NCBI GenBank assembly: GCA_017531625.1
Contig: JAFXKQ010000078.1
Span: forward strand, 1 to 46,081
Origin: Clostridia bacterium
GTDB taxonomy: Bacteria > Bacillota > Clostridia > Oscillospirales > CAG-382
Direction: 5' to 3'
DNA: 46,081 nucleotides
Below are positions 43,489 to 46,081 of the stretch, in pieces. Position numbers and translations under genes: made by a program. A model generated the notes under the pieces. The model was not told where the DNA came from. It did no database searches and worked only from the letters and a program-made list of their open reading frames with translations. Positions within the stretch are counted from its first letter, which is position 1, and each line of letters opens with the position of its first letter.

Positions 43489-45666
43489 TTATACCTTAAT
43501 CTCCCTAAACTCAATCCCCATGGAATCAAGGCATTTCTTTTCCCTGTCCGTGCAGGAGAAGATGAACATTTGTCTTTCTCTGTCTTCGGTGAGCACCTTC
43601 ATCATCAGTTCAAGACGTTTATCATCAAGGTGAATAAAGGCATCGTCAAGCACAATCGGAACACTTTTTTCGCCGTAAATCAGATTCAAAAGCGAAAGCC
43701 TCAGACAAAGGTAAGCGCTCTCTCTTGCGCCTGCACTCAAATACTCGGCGCTCTTCGTGCCGAACTCACCCTCAACGTTCATGTAAAGACGTGTATCCAT
43801 CTGTAAAGAACTGTATTTCCCTCCGCTTGCCCTCTCAAAAAGCTCTGAGGCGAAAGCTCCGATTTTGGGAGAAATCGATGCTTTCATTTCATCGCTTGCG
43901 GATTCGATCACTTCAAGTGCCTTTTCATAAGCAGAGTGTTTGCGTTCCGACTTAACCAAATTCTCTTTTTCGTGACTGAGCTTACTGAGAATTACCGAGG
44001 GATCGAGGAACAGCGCCTCCTCCTTAGCCCTTTGTTTTTCCTGCTCGCTCAGCTTGATTTCGAGGGCCTTTTTACCCTCGGTGATAAATTTCATTTCGTA
44101 CAAAAGCTTGGATTTGTCCCGTGGCGGTTCATAAGCCCCCTCCGCCGCTTTTTCAAGGGCACTGCGGTCAAGACTTGCGTTCTTTTCGTGGGTAATGATC
44201 TTAGCCTCGTACTCATTTTTAAGGCGATTCGCCTCAATGGTGTCCGCAAGAAGTGCATCGATGATTTCCGAAAACGTACCTTCCTTTGAGGTGAAACCCG
44301 TCAGTTTTTTCCTTATCTCAGCGGAAAACGTTTCGCTCTGCGCCTCAACCTCATCAAATTTCCGCTGAGATTCAGCGCACGCCTTTTCCTTATCCTGAGC
44401 AGATTGGCGAAGCAACGGAGCACTCAACGCCGCCTCTTTAAGCTCAGACGCCGTTTCGTAACCGCTCTCTTTGATGAAACGTTTTTCTCCGAGAACCGTA
44501 GCAATCAATGCCACAGCAGCCAAAACCGCTGCCGCGCCCAAACCCAAACCTAAAACCGTCTGCGAAATCACAAACATCAAAACCGATGCACAGCCCAAAA
44601 GCACCGCCGAAACTCCAAACAAAAGCTTCTTCTTTGCGTAGGATTCAAGCTTTGCCCCACGTGACTCCAGCAAATCAAAGTCTGCTTCTTTAGCCTTTTC
44701 AAGCTCTTTCTTGGAGCTTTCAAGTTCAAGCTTTGCTTCCTTCAAGCGCAAAAGAGCGCTTTCGTACTTTGCGTTCTCGATCGCTACGTTGTTTATCTCA
44801 TCTATGTTCGGAATCTGGCCGCCGTTAAAGCCCTTCTTCGATTCTTCAAAAGCAAGTCCGGCCTTTTCAATCTCTGCTTCGCTCTGCTCGATTTCTTTAA
44901 GCTTTAAGTACGCCTCGTACCTGTCAAAATTCTCACGTTCATCCTCAAGCTCCGAAATCTTTTGTTCCCTCTCGGAAATCATCTCTTCAAGCCCTCTGAT
45001 ACTCTCGCTGAGCGCTTCCTTGCGTTCTTTGGCTTGCATGGAGCTTTCAAAGCTGTCGCTGAGAACCGCAATGCGGTTTTCGATTTCGAAAATCTCACCG
45101 CTTTTTCCTCTGCCCTTAAGAGAGTTTTTCGCCGCAGTAAGGCTTTTCACCGCCCGTGCCGCACTCACCCTCTCGTCAGCGGAAAAGACGAGATTCTGAA
45201 GCTGTTCCGCCAGCTCCTCATCCTTGCTCTGCGGAACGCTTAACTGTGCAAAAAACGCCGTCTTTTCAAAAACCTCAGGTCCAACGCCGAAAAGCACCTC
45301 TCCGGGGCAAAGTCCCGAGAAAACTTCTCTTCCCCTTTCGACCTCTGTCATAAAGAAGTTTTCCTTAGAGCCGTTTACACTGCGCTCCACTCTTATCCGT
45401 CCCTTAGGGGAATTAAAGGTAACCGCACCCGAAACGGAAGCCCCGTCCCAGGGAGAATAAAGCTTTTTGCTGTTTTCTCTGATGCTCTGAGCACGTGCTC
45501 CGGTAAAACCGTAAAGGACAAATTTTATAAAAGAGGCTACCGTGGTCTTTCCCGATTCGTTCGGCGCACAGAAAAGGTTTATTCCGTTGGAAGGAACAAT
45601 AACAACGTTTTTCAGCATACCGAAGGCGGTAATTTCAATTTTTTCTATAAAAACTCCGTCAATCAT
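43489..45666 (-). CDS. YhaN-like SbcC/Rad50-type AAA ATPase with central transmembrane hairpin
   Basis: N-terminal Walker A APNESGKTT, long Glu/Lys-rich coiled-coil stretches, two central hydrophobic helices (LLFGVSAVLLGCASVLMFVISQ / LGLGLGAAAVLAAVALIATVLG) and a C-terminal Walker B-like IVLDDAFIHLD. I prefer the ATG at 45666 (AAGGGGTG RBS). Confidence 0.8.
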   Translation of the reverse strand: MIDGVFIEKIEITAFGMLKNVVIVPSNGINLFCAPNESGKTTVASFIKFVLYGFTGARAQSIRENSKKLYSPWDGASVSGAVTFNSPKGRIRVERSVNGSKENFFMTEVERGREVFSGLCPGEVLFGVGPEVFEKTAFFAQLSVPQSKDEELAEQLQNLVFSADERVSAARAVKSLTAAKNSLKGRGKSGEIFEIENRIAVLSDSFESSMQAKERKEALSESIRGLEEMISEREQKISELEDERENFDRYEAYLKLKEIEQSEAEIEKAGLAFEESKKGFNGGQIPNIDEINNVAIENAKYESALLRLKEAKLELESSKKELEKAKEADFDLLESRGAKLESYAKKKLLFGVSAVLLGCASVLMFVISQTVLGLGLGAAAVLAAVALIATVLGEKRFIKESGYETASELKEAALSAPLLRQSAQDKEKACAESQRKFDEVEAQSETFSAEIRKKLTGFTSKEGTFSEIIDALLADTIEANRLKNEYEAKIITHEKNASLDRSALEKAAEGAYEPPRDKSKLLYEMKFITEGKKALEIKLSEQEKQRAKEEALFLDPSVILSKLSHEKENLVKSERKHSAYEKALEVIESASDEMKASISPKIGAFASELFERASGGKYSSLQMDTRLYMNVEGEFGTKSAEYLSAGARESAYLCLRLSLLNLIYGEKSVPIVLDDAFIHLDDKRLELMMKVLTEDRERQMFIFSCTDREKKCLDSMGIEFREIKV

Positions 45667-45681
45667 TGATTTCACCCCTTT

Positions 45682-46081
45682 TTACTCATCTGCCAGGGAA
45701 CGGCCTCCAAGTGCCGCAAGCCCGTAACGCAAAGCCGAAATAAGAACCTCGCGTTCCTCACTGCCGTTCTCGGTTTTTTCAATTTCTTCGATCATCTTTT
45801 TGTAAAACACACCTGTCAAAGTGTTGCTCTGTTCCAACGAGGTAAAAGACGGTGCGGCGAAGGTCTTGTCAATGATTTCGATGGATGAAGGAAACTCGTA
45901 GCCCTTGCCGATGGCATCCGGGGTAATGATGAATCCCTCAGCCACCTGCCCTTCAAGAATGAGCCTCAGACTTGTGTCCTCGTTGTAACTTCTGATGCCG
46001 GAACGAATCCTTTCAAGCGCTTCTGTGCGTGAGCAAACTCCGTCGAGGCTCACGGTAGCGATTTCAAATCTGTGCTTGGAA
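45682..46081 (-). CDS. C-terminal part of a YhaO/SbcD-like DNA repair exonuclease (N-terminus outside window)
   Basis: The frame stays open upstream of the track's internal GTG to the window edge (..SKHRFEIATVSLDG..). The gene lies immediately upstream of the YhaN-like ATPase, 6 bp away. The call rests mainly on this conserved pairing, because the metallophosphoesterase motifs would lie outside the window. Confidence 0.55.
   Translation of the reverse strand, partial: SKHRFEIATVSLDGVCSRTEALERIRSGIRSYNEDTSLRLILEGQVAEGFIITPDAIGKGYEFPSSIEIIDKTFAAPSFTSLEQSNTLTGVFYKKMIEEIEKTENGSEEREVLISALRYGLAALGGRSLADE

Noticed and set aside
43489-46081. YhaO/YhaN-like pair as an anti-phage defence system
   Set aside because: The genes are embedded in a same-strand run with recG and dus. 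Their composition is typical of the genome, and no mobile-element or island hallmarks are present. The data fit a housekeeping SbcCD-paralogue pair better.
1-46081. Search for tRNA, rRNA, CRISPR, transposase, integrase, prophage or toxin-antitoxin signatures
   Set aside because: I saw none of the following:
- GGTTCGAATCC-type T-arm motifs or rRNA-like stretches in the intergenic regions
- regularly spaced identical direct repeats of 25-40 bp
- DDE or tyrosine-recombinase-like ORFs
The window appears to be core chromosome.

Overview
This 46 kb window looks like core chromosome of a Gram-positive anaerobe, probably a spore-forming member of Bacillota/Clostridia. That assignment is an inference from GGAGG-type ribosome-binding sites, lipoprotein lipoboxes, a CotF-family spore coat gene, a PASTA-bearing SpoVD/FtsI-type PBP and pyruvate formate-lyase. 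I could run no searches, so every product call comes from reading motifs in the translations.

Gene content, left to right:
- a truncated FAD-dependent oxidoreductase and a small orphan ORF
- SulP anion permease with a rhodanese lipoprotein
- a stand-alone Sfp-type PPTase with an SDR
- pflB-pflA
- argCJBD, with a consensus promoter overlapped by ARG boxes
- a compact dcw cell-division cluster (mraZ-rsmH-ftsL-pbp-murF-mraY-ftsW-murG-ftsQ-ftsZ) followed by a PH-domain gene
- cotF and an acyl-CoA synthetase
- an AT-rich orphan ORF, then malQ
- a small membrane protein transcribed divergently from a 2164-aa secreted multidomain protein
- an amino-acid ABC transporter
- dus, recG, and a YhaO/YhaN-like nuclease/ATPase pair

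I found no tRNA or rRNA genes, CRISPR arrays, transposases, integrases, prophage genes or recognisable defence islands. The window is mostly housekeeping.

The items I consider worth a second look are:
1. the giant surface protein, which has a large unassigned central module and a non-LPXTG tripartite C-terminal signal
2. a cleanly circularly permuted amino-acid-binding lipoprotein
3. an AT-rich orphan gene inserted downstream of malQ
4. a phased 20-bp/11-bp repeat array upstream of sulP
5. a Cheo-type LexA box upstream of the dcw promoter
6. two nested-hairpin terminators that share a 15-mer
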